From Azolla caroliniana (Eukaryota > Plantae > Polypodiophyta), in assembly GCA_043228905.1 (NCBI GenBank), contig JBHGNT010000005.1, positions 8,866,001 to 8,930,000 on the forward strand: a DNA stretch of 64,000 nt, written 5' to 3'. The notes below the pieces were generated by a model that was not told where the DNA came from, ran no database searches, and saw nothing but the letters and a program-made list of their open reading frames with translations. This document shows positions 27,335 to 40,582 of the stretch, in pieces (the first letter of the stretch is position 1; every line of letters begins with the position of its first letter). The translations under genes and the position numbers were made by a program.

Positions 27335-30300
27335 ATGATGCGATCCTCTGCTGTGGGTCTACCTCGCACTCCTGTCAGAAGGCGCCCATTCAATGTAAGT
27401 CTTAGCTACTCCAGTCCCTCCTCCCTCCTCTGCCTCTCCTCCGTGGTTTCATTGTATGTATGTTCCATCAGACAAAAATTGCATTATAATTAAAATTTAA
27501 GAGCAACAAAGAGGTCCTTCTTCATCGCACGTTCTTGTTCCTCTTCTTTTGTTGTCACGGCCAGTACATATCATATAAAAAACGTGTAATTTTAGCATAG
27601 ATTTCAGAATAGAAAAAGAGGAGTCCTCATCTTCATCTTCTTCTCTTAACCTGGTCCCAAATTTGTACATATATCATCATAATACTCCATTTATTAGCCT
27701 AGATTTGAAAATCAGAAAGGGTTCTTTGATCTCAGCTCAGCAGCATTATGTTTTCATCATGGCCGGGCTAAACTTTTATTTTAAGAAAACTGTGGGGTGC
27801 TAACTTTTCCTGCACCAGATCTACATCATATTTGTAAGATCCCTTCTGATAAGCGATTTTTGTTATATATCAGATAGAGAGAGATGTATCTCTGTCTCAT
27901 GGGTCTCCTCCATCTTTGTCCATATATTCTTTTGCAATTACCTATTTACCTTGTAAATTTCAATGCATATTATGATTGCAGAAGGAAAACACCGACGCTC
28001 TATCTAGTCAAAGGAATGAAAGTGGCCGAGAGATGTATGTATCGAGATCTCTTTCAGAGCCTCCGAAGGTTAGGGTTCGCAGCGTTTTCACGTCAGTTAA
28101 TGCTAGTAGACAATATAGTGGTACTATAGGAGAGGCAGTCGATCAATCAGTTTCCACACCATGTCGGGCGGGTAATAGTGATGAGAGCACTTCACCAGTC
28201 TCTATGACAAAAGAAGATGTTGAAGCTTTGCTTCATATGAAGATGAAAGGCAAAGGGAAGTTTGATTTCAAGGTATTTTTCAAGGTCTTTCAAGGTTTTT
28301 CATGGAGAGTAAACAGTTTTGAGACTAAACGGCATCAAATGGCCTCTTCTTCTGAAAATGATGATCATGGTTTTTAATAATCAGGGCAAATCAGAGCAAA
28401 TGATGGAGTATATAAGGAAGCTTCGAACTTGCATCCGATGGTTGCAAGAGTTAGAAGCTGAATATATCTCAGAGAAGGAGCAACTCTATCATCAACTTCT
28501 GGAGCAGAGGAAGAACCATGAAATTTCAGGTTACTAATTGACTTCATATCTTATATCTATATTTCTACTTCTTGTAGTTCAAGCTTATAACTTTCTTGTT
28601 TATTGCAACCAATCAGAGGAACTACTACTAGCCAAACACGATGAACTCAGAAAAGAACTATTGGATATTAAAATGAAGTGCACTGCTTTGGAGGATAAAC
28701 TTGCTGAAGCTGAGTCAGAGAGAGAGGTGCAAAATATCACCTTATTATTTAGTGCTCATGCATACTTTTCATAAGTCTCGAAGCGCATTTCCCTTTTATC
28801 ATGCAATGCTACTGCTTAGAACAAAGTCAAGATACACATGTTTTTTAAAATGGATGTAGCATTAAACCCATCGCGTTAGACTTGAATCCATTAACTCAAG
28901 GTTATAAAGTGTATGCTTTACCACCACTGTCTATACCATACCAGCATCACATTTATAGATCATATTTTGTAAATTTCCTAATGGATGTATGAAAGTGGGG
29001 CTTTTGCATTGTGCTTTTGCACATAATACCTTGTTTTTGTATTGCAGTCTCTTTTGGCTGATCGAGAGAACGATTCAGAAAGCTTGAAGCTTGCAAATGC
29101 TGAGATTATACGGCTAACGGCAGATTCTGAGGCTCATGAAAAAGATCTCGAGAATGCAAATGAGCAGGTAATGTTTCTTTCAGTCTATGGTTGATTTTTT
29201 CCTATTAATTTACTATGAAGAAAAGGTGAGTCCATGCTAACTTTGGGTCTATGACAGATATCTGCTTTGCAAGAAATAAATAAGAAGCTGCAAGAATACA
29301 ATGCTAGCTTGCAAGTGTACAATGCCAAAATGCAGTCGGATGCCGCAATGGCTGCAGAAACTATTTCCAAAATTCAGAAGGAGAAGTCTTCTATGATGGA
29401 GACGTTGAGTAGTTTAAGAGGTCATTCAGTTTCTCTTCAAGAGCAACTCAATCAAGCGAAGGTAAAGAATGCTCTCAAAGTTGAACTTTTGTTATGTGTG
29501 GAGTCATATTTAGTTTCTAGGGATGACAATATGCGATTTCTCAGGCATCCATGCAAGAAGGAGCAAATCAGAGAAAGCTTCTCATGGATGAGCAAGAGAA
29601 GCTCCGAGTAGAGTTACTACATTCATTAGAACATGAGAAGAAGCAGTCAGCTGAACTAGAAGAGTTAACTGTGGAGATCACTGAGTGTAAGGAGTATATA
29701 AGGAATTCAGACATGGAATTAGAAGCTGTCAAAGAAAAGTTGGTGTCATTAGAGGTATGTTTAAAAAGTGATAATGTGTAAAAGATGGAGATTGTTTGTA
29801 CCCTCATCAATGTATATGTTGTTGGCCTTTGCAGCAAATAAACACTTCACAGACAGAGGAGATGACAAGCCTGAGGGAAGAAATGAGTATAGCTAATCAG
29901 AAGCTTCAGGTAGATCTCTCTACCAATCAATCCTCTCTAGCTTACAAGTCAAGGTTTTCTGCCTCTCTCATTTCTCGATCTTGTTTGCCAGATGGTGGAG
30001 AGCAAAGTCGTTCAGCAACAATGTGAAGATGCAGAAAAGAAAGTTGTGATGAAGGACTTGCAACAAAGGCTTGCGGATGCTGAGCTACGAGTTCGTGAAG
30101 GGGAATTGCTCCGCAGAAAGCTTCATAACACAATTCTGGTTTGAACCCTTTCTTATATTGTGTTGTTGATTATTAATCTGTTTCATATACATGGCACTAT
30201 ATTAACATTGGAAATGCGTGAGCTCTCGTCTGATTTTATTGATTTATTCATGGACATTCTAGGAATTGAAAGGTAATGTAAGAGTGTTCTGCCGAGTGCG

Positions 30301-32566
30301 TCCTTTGTTACCAGAGGATGAAAGTTTCATGCAAGGAGAACCACCTGCTTTATTTTATCCAACTTCAGCTGAGCTTCTCGGGCGTGGCATTGAACTTGTT
30401 CAGACTCAAGGTCTAGATAGATTTATATGTTTTTTCCTATTCAAATTTGATTATGATTATGGGGACACTATTGTTTTCCTGACATATGTAAACTCCTGAA
30501 TTTAGGACAAAGGCATGCATTTACATTTGACAAAGTGTTTGGGCCAGAGGCCAGGCAAGACGATGTCTTTATGGAGATTTCACAACTGATCCAAAGTGCC
30601 CTTGATGGCTATAAGGTATAGTATTCAAGGTTTTGATTAGTCCCAATCCACTTTTATTTTGCCAGGGTGGAAGCATGTGGGTTGATGGTATTCATTTATT
30701 GAAGGCCCAAATATCTCTCTTGATATATATTACAATTTTAAAGTTTACATCCTAAATTTGAGAAGAAGGATGTGCAAATAGCTTCGAAATGCTGACAATT
30801 TGTTGATTACTTGTGATGATAAAAGGATTAGTGCTATGATTCTTATCAGCGTTAAGTTAGGTTTTGATTTGGTGTCAGATATCCTGCAGGTTTGTATTTT
30901 TGCCTATGGGCAGACTGGATCGGGTAAAACACACACCATGCTTGGTGATCCCGACGACTTTGATCAGATGGGAGTAATCCCAAGATCATTGGAGCAAATC
31001 TTTAAATCCAGTGAGGCACTAAGCTTACAAGGATGGACCTTCCAAATGCAGGTATCTGGATTGCATTTTCATGGTTATACTTTACATATCCTTAAGTTGT
31101 CTCATAAAACAAAATTCCATTAAGATAAAAATAAGTTATTTAATAATACTGAAACAGCCAGTTGTTTTTGGGAAATAAACAAAAAAACAGGCATCGATGC
31201 TTGAGATATATAATGAAACAATTCGGGATCTCCTCGTTCCTGGTAATAGGGGTGGAACACCATCAAAGACATATGGTAATGGAACACCTTCGAAGCAGTA
31301 TACTATAAAACATGATCCGAATGGAATGACCAGTGTCTCTGACTTGACTGTTGTCGAGGTGAGCAAATGGGAAGAGGTCTCTTGTCTGTTGAGGCAAGCT
31401 TCTCAAAGCAGGTGAAATCTTTTTACTTAACTATACATACTTCACTTGCTTTGCTTCATATAATTGTTATACTATGTGACTGACCATCTCCTTTGTGATA
31501 TCACCACAGGGCCGTTGGAAAAACTGCCATAAATGATCAATCTTCAAGGAGTCACTGTGTCTTTACATTACGAATCTCTGGATTTAATGAGGTTTGTGAT
31601 ATGATCTGCTTACTTGAAAATCGTGACATACACATATTCCTTACTTGAAATGAGGCAACAGAAGGCTGGTTGTTGGAGTTGATCTCCCAACCTGTGGCTT
31701 ATAGGGAAAAGGGGCCAAGTTGTGATGGAAGTTTTTGACCTATCTGTAATAGGAATCAAAACGTTTTGTTACAATTGCAGAGTATCAACCAAGAGGTGAA
31801 TGGGATTCTTAACCTCATCGACTTAGCAGGCAGTGAACGCCTTTCTCGCAGTGGATCGGTTGGAGATCGGCTCAAAGAGACTCAGGTATACTGTGTTCTA
31901 TGCCGTTGCAAACATCACTCTTTGTTAAAATATATAGGGAACTGAATGTGAGATGAAAACTGACTAGGCAATGAAAGAAATGGCCACACCATATCTGTCT
32001 GGAAGTAGTGGGTTCATACAATGGAACACTCATATACATAGAATGTTAGCTATACACTTATGTGTTAAGATTTTTATTCTTTTTTGTCGTTCAAATTCAG
32101 GCCATAAACAAAAGTCTTGCAAGCTTGGGAGATGTTATACTTGCTATTGCGAATCGTGATCAACATGTTCCTTACCGCAACTCCAAGTTGACGTACTTCT
32201 TGCAAGTAATAGTCGTGATCCCCTTATAAAAGTCTTTTCTCTTATGAACCATAAATCCATCAATTCATAACAAAAGATTCATTAAAAATCTTGTCCTACA
32301 TGAATATACCATATAAATCTATCCATGGCAAAAAAAGCTTCACTTATTTCTGAAAGGAAAGAATGTAATGATATGATGATGATTGGCTCTCTTTAATGCA
32401 GCCTTGTCTTGGTGGAGATTCAAAGACCCTGATGTTTGTGAATGTTTCCCCTGATGCCAAGTGTGCAAACGAGACGTTGTGCTCGCTAAGGTTTGCGGCG
32501 AAGGTGAATGCATGTGACATTGGTGTCCCAAGGCGTAATACGCATACACTCAGCTATCAAGAATAA
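27335..32566 (+). CDS. Kinesin-14, C-terminal motor (ATK1/ATK5, KIN14C-like); 17 exons: 27335-27394, 27982-28272, 28385-28529, 28617-28726, 29048-29167, 29258-29461, 29545-29754, 29835-29909, 29992-30138, 30263-30410, 30506-30615, 30890-31051, 31190-31412, 31510-31591, 31781-31885, 32101-32205, 32402-32566
   Basis: Basic N-tail, coiled coil ([24 protein letters not shown]), neck [24 protein letters not shown]-loop [34 protein letters not shown] and [11 protein letters not shown]. Introns are GT-AG. Confidence 0.93.
28860..28945 (-). mobile_element. Possible degenerate tRNA-derived SINE head in kinesin intron 4
   Basis: The minus strand has A-box-like TAGACAGTGG and B-box-like GGATTCAAGTC at roughly tRNA-like spacing. 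Confidence 0.3.
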
Positions 32567-35130
32567 TATCCAATACTAACAACTATTAAATTGTGGCCTC
32601 TATGTTGGAAGCTTTTCCATACCTCGATGCTTGGGTACTTGGTTTTTGTTTGAGAACAAAAAAGATATGAAACAAAAATTGGTTGAGATATCAGAAAAAG
32701 AAAAATATTTGGTATCTTAGACGTGTGGACTATCTTTCTTGAGATTCCCAAAAGTTGGAAAAAGAAGATGAATCAAAGGTTGCAGAAGGGTACTAAATTT
32801 GTTTGTGTCATGAAATCATGACCGAAAAAAGTTTGGATCGATTGCCTATACAACATACATATAATATATACACACACTTCCTCAATACTGCTCCAATGTC
32901 AGAATTACATATATATGTTTTTGCCATATCCTAATGCTTTTTCTGAACCCAAATTAAGTAGGAAAGCATTGAAGCTGACATGCAAATATGCCAAATTCCC
33001 CATGAGTACAAGTAAATTTGTTAATACTGGTAGAGAAGGAAGCGTATAGATGCAACTGTATAATAAAGACATTTCAGTGGTCTGGTTGTTTTGTTGAGGC
33101 TTTTTGTCTATGCTATGAATTTCTTTGATGTGGTGTATTATGTATGTAGCATTGTTGATGATTTGGTGATAAATTTTTAGATCTCCTGAAACTCTGATGA
33201 GAATGTTTGTCGGTGTTTTGGAGATTTGATTTCATTTATTAAGTCATGGTGTTTAAAAATTAGCCTGCATTTCTATTTCAAGAATTTGAAGCTGGAACAA
33301 CGTTTACACCCAATGATGATCCGATTCCTTCACGAACTGATTTTATGAATTTAGCATTAGAATTGGAACTGATTGTTTCACTACCATGTGTTATATCGTA
33401 AAATACTTAGGGACTCTTCTTGACTTGTTTTGCTAGAAAAGTAAATGGTGAAGGATTTGGTTCATGCAAATCTTGGAGTCAATTGAGATCATGAATGAAG
33501 TAAGAATGTCAATTGAGATCTTGAAGTGTCCTAACAATAATGAATATATTCCTTCCCTTGTAATGTAATATATCTTCAATTTATTGCACTAGGAAATAAT
33601 TGGGCAAAAAGGGCATCATTCACAAGACTTGGTCGATATCGCAAGGTGACAAAGAAAAGATTCATAATTATTTGAGAAACTCGTGAATTTGTTTTTGGAC
33701 CCTACTTTTAGTTTTGTCGGTGATGGTAGATTTGTCAACAGGATTTATTGTCACTTGAAAAATAAATATTGCTGACTATCTACATCACTTAATTATGACA
33801 ATGTCCTATTTCACTTGTATGCATGAAAGATAGGATCATTTAATGCTTTAAAAAACTTGTTGGAATCACATGCACACACAAAGTAGATGAATGTTTGTGA
33901 AATCACAATGAAAAAATCAGTAAAAAATATGCAAGGTAAAAATTACTAAATGATAGATGTGATGAAAGAAAGCCAACAAACCATGAAATTGGAACAGGAA
34001 AAGGGGAAAGATTTGAATCATATTTCTCCATAAGCATAAAATGCCAATAGGGACAAGAAATGAAGCTTGTCATTGAAAGAAAGGATCAAAAAGAGGGGGG
34101 AAGCTTGTAAATGAGGACACGACCTACAATTTTATCTTTGCCTTTGCCTTTGCCTTTGCCTTTGCCATTGCCATTGCCTTTACCTTTACAACTTGTTGAT
34201 GGGAAACGTTTGCAAGAAGTTGGTACCTCCTATTTAACAAAGAAAAAAGAGAGAGGAATCATGACATATATTTGCAATCTTCTTTTCTAGGACAAAGATA
34301 GGATACTCAAACCTTGTACTTCATGTGTTGGATATCTTGACGCTTGCATTAAACGCTATACCCCATTTTGTGTTGGATATCTCTCAAAAAGAGTTCAAAA
34401 CTACCTTGGTATTAAAGAGATGTGTGTTCGTTAGCAAACTGAAAGTGTAAAGGTACGATATGTGTACGAACCCACATAGGATGAGGTGTGAATCCTCATG
34501 TCTACCTATAAATATAGGGGCAATGCCCAAAGAGCTCATGGAAACTTGTACTTTCATAGAAGTGTTGAACACATTACCTTCTTATTTGTCCTTCTCTTAT
34601 TCTTTCACTCCAGTTTTGCTCATCGTCCATTTTGCTTTCTCTTGTGGTTTCTCTTGTTATCACTACTGCTTTTGCTTTTTTTCATGTTTTGTCTTGCTTG
34701 TGCTCATTGTCACTACGCCTTCTCCGTCATGTGGGATCCCCATGTTTGAAGCCACTACCCTAAATCTTAAGAACAATGCTAATACGTTTTTTTAAACTTA
34801 TAAAAGATTGATGTACAAATTCAATCCAAAAAACAAACAAACAATTTTAGCTATCACATATTATGGAAATACTACAGAATTGTTAGTTATTTATGAACGG
34901 AATTCAAAGTTCCATTATGTGCTTTACAAGATAAATGATGTGTTTCACATTTTATGTATTGTAACTTTGATCATGTAAGAATGTTGTATCACTTGCAAAT
35001 TTGGGACTAAATGGTCTAGTTTTTAAGGGAAAAGGATTCTTAACCTGTTTATATGATGTATTTATGCATTTATTAACAACATCATACAACATATAGTTTA
35101 TGAACTAGGACCCAACAACATCCTATGAAA

Positions 35131-35166
<36 letters not shown>

Positions 35167-36689
35167 CACCCCCCCTTTGCCTTTGTGTACGTCTTCATGA
35201 TATTTAGTTTCTTTTAACGAGAGGATGTAACATTTTTCTAATCATCCCCTTTAAATTGAAGGTTGGTGTACAAAATTGATTGTCAGTAAATGTTCGCGAC
35301 TTCAACGTGATGTAATTGTGTTCTTTAACATTTGTATTAAGAAAGAAATCGTACAAAAAGTTGGTTCTTGTAAACATTGATGATGTGCACATGTTATAAA
35401 AGTGCATTTTCTCTCTCCTATTTCACAAAACCTCTCCCTCTTAATGATATTGATTATTATCTTCAACTCTCTCTTTCTCTCTTTCTCTCTCTCTCTCTCT
35501 CATTTCGAAATTGCAACTTCTAATTCATGATCTTGTCTTTCATAAGATAGTCTTGATTAATTTATGTTGAGACACATTACTTGTCATCATATTTTTAATT
35601 GTTTCTCCTCTTTCTCAACCACATCACTATTTATTGTAAAAGGTTGGACATTGATTAATTTGTGCCTTGTTCTCCAAGGAAAGCTTATTTCCTTGCCATT
35701 CCATAACGAATGCCACTTATATGCACACACTCCTTTCTTCTTATGAAACAATATGCTTGATTTGTAACTCTTACGTATAAAATAGTTCTAAAATGAAGTG
35801 GGTTTGGGTACTTATTCAAACCCATATTCTTGATGCTCTTGTCTATTGCCCCTCGAGCATGTAGGCCAACCAATGAGTGGTTGATTGAAGTTTTCTATGG
35901 AAGCTTGAAGGAATTGGTATGGCACTATGGTTGTCGAGGGAACTGAGAAATTACAAAAAGTAAGATATAAAAATAAATATCTAGATTCCATAAATTTAGT
36001 ATTTCAAAGGTTTGTGCAAAATATTATAATATCCTTACGGACAAAGAGGAAAAGATTCATTCCGTTAATACATATTATAATATAAATAATTGTGGGCGTT
36101 TGAGTTTAGGGTTTTGTTGTAAAAGTAATAACGGTTTGGATTGCTTATTTCTCATTAATGAACGACTTGTTTTCACTCATTGTATCATGAAAAATGCATG
36201 AACTCGTTACTCAATGTTGTGAAGCCACATTTTTGGGGCAAATTATTAGTTTCCTACAATCTTAAACTAAATTTATAATTTTTTTTATTGTTTAATGTGC
36301 ATGATCTCAAATGAATATGATAAAGTCCAACTAACACGTTCGTGTTCACAAGTGGAAGGATTGCACAAAAATGGAAGGATAAGGAATATTCCGTTTGATT
36401 TTGGGGTTTATATACCCATTTCACAAAACACAATGATACTAATATCACACGTTCTCAAAAATTCGTTGGAAAAGCTTAAAAATCCACAATTTCATAAGTT
36501 GTTGGAAAGTCATAAAATTTAGGTTCTGATCCAAAAGTTACAATGTGTATTTTCTCAAAAAAACAACAAGTAATGTTTTTTTTAACAAACAATCTTCATA
36601 TGAAGCGACAGATTTCAAAACATAACCTTTATGTCATTCGAGTATTACAAACGGAATTTGATTAAATTTGCAAAATTACATTAAGGAGT

Positions 36690-37474
36690 TTAGGGTTTAC
36701 ATAAATCACTCCTTTGATCACTACTATAACTAATATACAAGGCTAATTGTTCCTTGTCATCTTTAGATGTACCTATTAAAGCATTGTCTTCATCTGAAAC
36801 CGGATGGTGTGATTCTAAATTATGTGTTGAAGATCTTGTTCGCCATCGACCTGAGACCCCTTGTAGAATCAATAATTTCTCCTTTATTATGTCTATTGTT
36901 GACTTCCTTAAATGTCCAACTTTTGTTAGCGTAAAGTTATAAACAATAATATCCACCTCACTAATGTTAAGGGATGATGTGTTACGAATGTCTTTTCCTC
37001 TTGACCTTGGACATTCCATCATCTCGCATACTTGCATGTAAATGCATTTTTGCTTCTAGTGTTGTACCAATGCACCTTTATAGACTTGATTTGATTTTGG
37101 TTATCATGCATCACCACGTCCAAAACCTTACCAATCCAAAATTGGTGCCCTAGCTCATTATCATCAACAGGTGTAGCAATTAACATTCCCACCTTGAGTT
37201 CTTGCAAGTTTCCTTGCCACCTAGCTTCAACTACTTTTGTCATCCTTGGTCCAACATAAATGTCTCTTTGTTGTGGATGGAGCAAGTTGTCATTAATTGC
37301 ATTAGGTGCAAGAAGAGGAGTTTGAGAATCACGAGAGTGTTGTATAGATAACGTAAAGGGGATTTGCACAATCAAGGTACTTACGATACAATTATCAACA
37401 ATTTCTTCTTGATCATTAAAGAACACATCCCACCATGAGGTATCTTGTTCTCCAGAATTTGTGCAAGCAAGCAT
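36690..37474 (-). pseudogene. Frameshifted C-terminal remnant of an unknown transposon-associated protein (homologous to 48330-48660)
   Basis: Two overlapping ORFs join across a frameshift. SSLNISEVDIIVYNFTLTK..LRKSTIDIIKE..THNL..DEDNAL aligns to STLTLDNVYILVYDLSLTK..LRQTTMKILKE..THNL..DEDNAL at 48.4-48.6 kb. Confidence 0.6.
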
Positions 37475-37504
37475 TAAAAAGTAAAGAAAAAAAAGGGTTG
37501 CGAC

Positions 37505-37800
37505 AATTAGATCAGAATTCTCGGCACTCCAAAAGAATCACACATGGACATTAGTACCTCCGAGTCGGCCTCGTCACTCCAATGTCATCAATTGTAAGTG
37601 GCTTTTTACGAAGAAATATGATGCCTTATGTACTCCCATGAGATTCAAAGCAAGATTAGTAGCTCGACAATTCTCACAAATACTAGGTGTGGACTACCAT
37701 GAAACTTTTTCACCCACTCTAAAAATCACAGGACTCCGATTGATTCTTGCCATTACGGCATATTTAAATCTTGAACTTCACTATGTTGATGTTGAAACAA
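37505..37800 (+). mobile_element. Ty1/copia reverse transcriptase fragment
   Basis: KNHTWTLVP, CKWLFTKKY, RFKARLVARQFSQILGVDYHETFSP, LELHYVDVET. Confidence 0.85.
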
Positions 37801-37809
37801 CATCAACTA

Positions 37810-38750
37810 GTCCTCTCTCCGTGTCACCACCCAGAGTGGTGTACCGTTTCGTTTCTTCGGATGCCACCATATTACTTCATCTCGTAGGAAGAACTTGTAT
37901 GCCTTTTTTTGGATCCGACTTGCCTCGTCCCTTGTGCACGTTCCATCCGTCGTCATCATGCTAAGGAACCTTCTGATTTGAAGTCACTCCCCGTCGTAGT
38001 CGTCCTTGTTAAACATATGTAGGGTCAGAGTGCTTCGCCCGTTCGTCGACAATTGAGCCGACTCGAAGAAGTCCACGCCAACTTCTTCATCTTCCGATAC
38101 CATGTCGTCTTCTCCTTCGAACTGCGCTCTGGATAGCATGTCAGCCATGGCGTTGTCTTTCCCGGAGATGTGCCGTATCTCCAGATTAAGGGACTTAATA
38201 TATGCTATCCACCTAAGCATTTCCAGGTTTGCAGTCGCGCATTTGGATACCATCTCGAGAATCGGGAATTACGTAGTCTTTATTGGCCTTGACCACCAAA
38301 ATGATACCCCATAGTTCTCTCTTAAACTAGGTGTATCCTCGTTGTCTCATTCAATACTTTCGCTCAGAATCGAATGGCGAATCTCGTTCCACCTTCGTCC
38401 TCTTGGTTGATCACCCACCCGATTCTGGTCGGACTCATGTCGACCGTTACGTATACTGGAGCTCCTTTCCTGTAGACTGCCTTCCGGAGAGCCGATGCCG
38501 CCGTCAACATCCCCTTCAGTCTCCTCATCGCCTCTGTGTGCTCTTCTCCCCATCATAACTACCACTCCTTCAACAAGCCATAGAGTGGTTCGACGATATG
38601 TGCATAGTGGGGAATCCAGATGTGGTAGAAGGCAGATGCCCTGAGGAATCGTCGGACCTCCGTGGTCGTCCGACAAACTTCCTTCATCGCTGAGATGGCC
38701 TTGACCTTAACCAGAGATGGTTTCTGATTGTAGGGCCCACATAGGTGATA
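37810..38750 (-). mobile_element. Ty3/gypsy RT-connection/RNase H fragment, same family as 45500-46600 but inverted
   Basis: EVRRFL.A.AFYHIWIPHYAHIVEPLYGLLK and MLRWIAYIKSLNLEIRHISGKDNAMADMLSRA. Confidence 0.85.
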
Positions 38751-40582
38751 GAAATCGCTCTCTCGGCCACAACGGAGTTCCACACTCAGAATGGAAGAAA
38801 CAAAATCAGAAATTAGAGATTGATGCACTTACATAGGAATAAGTCGACACAGTATGTTAACGTTGTCGTCAAGATTTTCGGCAACGTTGTGAAAATCGTG
38901 TGGAACGGAAAAATCGAGAAGGTGAAATGAACACTTGAAAATAAGCTTAGGGCCTAGCGGTATTTTTGTGTATACTGAACACGTGTGTTGTACAAACACT
39001 TGAAAATAAGCTTAGGGCCTAGCGGTATTTTTGTGTATACTGAAGGGTGCAAGTAAGGTCTTGAACTGTGCACCTCCAAGATAAGAGACAATTGACTTAC
39101 CACTAAAATACTATTGAGTGCTTTCGATTTTGTATATTTTCTTCTCATATTCAATATTCTATAAGAATACAAACCTATAAAACCATGTGCACAAAACCAT
39201 GGTTTAAGCCTATGGTTTTGTGTATGTCATAAGCAAACCCATATGGACAAAACCATGGGTTTAGCCCATGGTTTGTGCATGTTACAAGTGCTTGTGTAAA
39301 GGAAGCTATGTATTGAATGAGGAACTTAAGAATAATAAAATCCTAGTTATCTCATTGGTCTTGTCTCTCAAAAATTGAAGTCAAGGGTTCAACGTCGAAA
39401 TTGAAATCTCTCTATCTATTTGTCTACCTATCTTAAATACTTTCTCGCTTACGCTTGTAAAACGTTGAATCCTTCAGGTCCAGGACCCTAGCGGTCCCGC
39501 TTCATTTCACGAACGCACACACATTTTTTTGCGACATATTTCTTGGTGAACCCGATGTGAGGAGGCGGTAGGAAGGATCAAGGCAAGGATCCACCGATAT
39601 TTGGAGATGACATCCTCAAGCAATCAAGCGGGAGAGTTCGAAAGATTGATGGTAATTGTTGAACAAATGATGAAATCTCGGGACAACGATGCGAGTGTGG
39701 AGAAGGCCGTCGACCACATCGTGGAGGTCATGGGTCAATTTAATAGAAGGAACATTACAGAGTTCCTTCATGAATACAAAAGGGAGATGAATCAGAGCGA
39801 CATGTCTGAAGCACGTCAAATCTCAAGTTTCAAGCGGGTTGTCACCAACAACGTCCAAAGGTGAGTCATCGAGCTCCAAGAAGGGAAGACAACATGGTCC
39901 GAGTTCGAGAAAGCAATATTAGCAAAGTTCACGACCGAGGATTGTTAAGAATTAGGTAAGTAATTAAGCAAGGATTAATTAGTACCTAATTATGTGAATT
40001 ATGTGATTAGTTGATCAACGGAAGATTAAGTGATATGTGTGTGACATATGTGTGTGAGAGGAAGAGAGAGAGAGGGAGAGAGAGGAAGTTAACACATATG
40101 AACACCACAAATGGGGGATGATTAACTCTATATTAAATTAGCATTATCATCATCAAATACAAAAATACCTATAATGAGGTATATATAGATCTCATGTGCA
40201 AGGGTGCACATGTGTGACGAGAATATAGGTACAAAGGTGTAAGTACAAGGTCCTATTTAAGGCGTTATAGTCAACACTTCTAACTAGATTCTATCTAGGT
40301 AACTACGAAGTTACATGGTTGACTAACTAACTAAATAGAGTTGAGGTTGATCTCTCAATACGCCCCCTCAAGCTCAAGTGTGAGGCGTCCGACATCCGCT
40401 TTGGCTTTCGTCGGCTTCGTGTGCTTCCGTCCTGCCTTCAGTTTTCTTCGTCGTGGCAATCTCAGTTCCTCCCCCTCAAGCCGGTGATGAAGGCTTGTAG
40501 TGTGTGGGCGAAGGATGACTACTTCCACCCATCGTGGGTTGCGAGCCACTTCGGTGGAGCTCTTGGGTTCTTGTTCGGCTGC

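Noticed and set aside
34326-34775. Possible solo LTR (TGTTGG...AACA with TATA box)
   Set aside because: No matching TSD or second copy in the window.
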